Assembly (NCBI GenBank): GCA_036376595.1 | Contig: DASVAA010000134.1 | Span: 1-33,148 of the forward strand | DNA: 33,148 bases | Direction: 5' to 3' | Source of the DNA: Ktedonobacterales bacterium | GTDB taxonomy: Bacteria > Chloroflexota > Ktedonobacteria > Ktedonobacterales > JADMIN01 | Shown: positions 31,978-33,148 of the stretch, one piece after another | Numbering within the stretch: position 1 is the stretch's first letter | How the letters are laid out: each line of letters begins with the position of its first letter | Notes under the pieces: generated by a model | Told to the model about the DNA's origin: nothing | Database searches by the model: none | Seen by the model: only the letters and a program-made list of their open reading frames with translations | Translations under genes and position numbers: made by a program

Positions 31978-33148
31978 CTACCTGGAAATATCGTCCCATG
32001 TGCCACCACGTATCACGCGATTTTCGGTGGAATTGCCGTCCTCTTGGAATGCCTCCTTGCTATAGGCGTCGGCATCCCAGATCGTGCGCGTCCACTCCCC
32101 AACATTGCCCGCCATGTCCTGCGCGCCGCAGGGGCTCGACCAGCCTCGCGCGAGATTCTCCGGCGCGTAGCTGCCGACTGGTGTAGTCGTGTCGATCGGG
32201 GGTTTGGACTCAAGCGTGTTGCAGCGCGCGCTGTCAAAGTGGTCGCCCCAGGGATAGATGCGCGCCAGCCCGCGCCCGCTGTTGCCTGCTGCTTCCCAGC
32301 GCGCCGCCTTCTCCCACTCGGCCTCACTAGGCAGCGCCCAAGCGTGGCCGGTTAGTGTGGCAATCCAGGCGGCATAGTCGCGCGCGTCGTACCAACTGAC
32401 GCAGGTCACAGGATGGTCCAGCCGCTGAAGCTGCGTCGGCCAGTCTATGCCAGACCAGCCAGGCCCTTCCTTCTGTGGCGCCGCGTGCCCCGCCGCGACA
32501 AAGCAAGCGTATTCGGCCACCGTCACCGGGAACGTGCCGATCTGGTATGCAGGCAGTTCCACCGCGATCTGCGGCTGCTCTCGCTCTTCTGCCTGACTAT
32601 CCTGCTTCGGATCGCTGCCCATCATGAAAGGTCCCGCCGGCACGGGGCACATCGGCGGCAGGATGAAGGCAATATCTCTGCCAGTCCTGGGATCGCGGCC
32701 CATCTCGGCCGCGAAGCCCAACTGCTCCAGCCGTTCGGGGAAGCGCTCGCGTGGCAGCAGCGGGCGCGCGGGCGCGCCGGTGAGCGCGGCGTAGGTGCGG
32801 CGCGCGGCCTCGGCGGGCGGGAACGGCTGCATGCCGGGCGCCTCGATGCGGCGGAAGCCCTCCAAATACAGCCAGTCGGGGATGAAGTCGCCGCGCTCGA
32901 TGGCGCCGCCCACTACGGGGAGGAGCGTACGGCCTGGCTCCGCACGGTAGAGTTGGTACGCCCAGGCGCATTCGTCGGCCACCCACTGCGAGCGGCGCAG
33001 ATCCAGAGACGCCTTGGTGAAGATCACGACGAACGCAGGGCGCTGGTGGAGCTGGCGCTGGATCTCGCGCATCAGCTCGCCGGAGGTCAGATTGTGCTCG
33101 TCGTACCACACCGCATCGTGCTCGCCGCAGAGCCGCCGCAGCTCGTCC
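31978..33148 (-). CDS. TIR-domain (partial, N-terminus beyond the window) – linker – formylglycine-generating-enzyme/sulfatase-modifying-factor-like (FGS) domain fusion; the FGS domain ends before the catalytic Cys region
   Basis: The reading frame is open to the window edge: …ELRRLCGEHDAVWYDEHNLTSGELMREIQRQLHQRPAFVVIFTKASLDLRRSQWVADECAWAYQLY… is a TIR_2-like αB–αC region with the S.W..DE Glu. After a ~60 aa linker comes PVPAGPFMMGSDPKQ…YQIGTFPVTVAEYACF…HPVTCVSWYDARDYAAWI…LPSEAEWEKAAR…YPWGD…GNVGEWT…RVIRGGTWDDISR*, the FGE-sulfatase fold. The track Met at 33111 is internal. Confidence 0.75.
   Translation of the reverse strand, partial: DELRRLCGEHDAVWYDEHNLTSGELMREIQRQLHQRPAFVVIFTKASLDLRRSQWVADECAWAYQLYRAEPGRTLLPVVGGAIERGDFIPDWLYLEGFRRIEAPGMQPFPPAEAARRTYAALTGAPARPLLPRERFPERLEQLGFAAEMGRDPRTGRDIAFILPPMCPVPAGPFMMGSDPKQDSQAEEREQPQIAVELPAYQIGTFPVTVAEYACFVAAGHAAPQKEGPGWSGIDWPTQLQRLDHPVTCVSWYDARDYAAWIATLTGHAWALPSEAEWEKAARWEAAGNSGRGLARIYPWGDHFDSARCNTLESKPPIDTTTPVGSYAPENLARGWSSPCGAQDMAGNVGEWTRTIWDADAYSKEAFQEDGNSTENRVIRGGTWDDISR

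Overview
This is a ~70% GC bacterial chromosomal window with GGAGG-type RBSs, TATACT-like -10 boxes and T-box regulation, a style consistent with Chloroflexi-like genomes. I support about 30 genes from the sequence.

Housekeeping and metabolism:
- A PdtaR-like ANTAR response regulator and a PSP1/RicT-like protein.
- RecX.
- A class-III aminotransferase with MmsA, the HtrA protease and OtsA.
- An AlaX-like trans-editing protein followed by IleRS, both behind an Ile-specific T-box leader.
- NrdR and a tRNA-Arg(CCT).
- An EntS-like MFS exporter, a HAL/HutH-type ammonia-lyase, a DUF2231–Rieske fusion, a SnoaL-like protein and a transaldolase.

Accessory-looking content:
- Two TIR-domain proteins with unusual architectures. 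One is TIR–TM–extracytoplasmic domain, sitting directly downstream of recX. The other is TIR fused to a non-catalytic FGE-sulfatase (FGS) domain and is truncated at the window edge.
- An orphan ParA-like ATPase followed by two tandem Pro-rich DUF4870-like membrane paralogs.
- A tRNA-Arg-adjacent RHH/PIN toxin–antitoxin remnant whose PIN gene carries an in-frame stop.
- Large membrane proteins with disordered, Trp/acidic-rich regions.

Non-coding structure:
- A 9–27 nt GC palindrome (GTAGGGGCGTCC-GGT-GGACGCCCCTAC) sits just 5' of the RBS of at least 4 unrelated genes.
- A REP-like ~45 nt element (GGGTCCTCACCCCCGGCCCCTC…GGCGAGGGG) sits at gene 3' ends.
- A twice-occurring ~45 nt hairpin motif with a compensatory base-pair change.

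No CRISPR array, integrase or transposase was seen.
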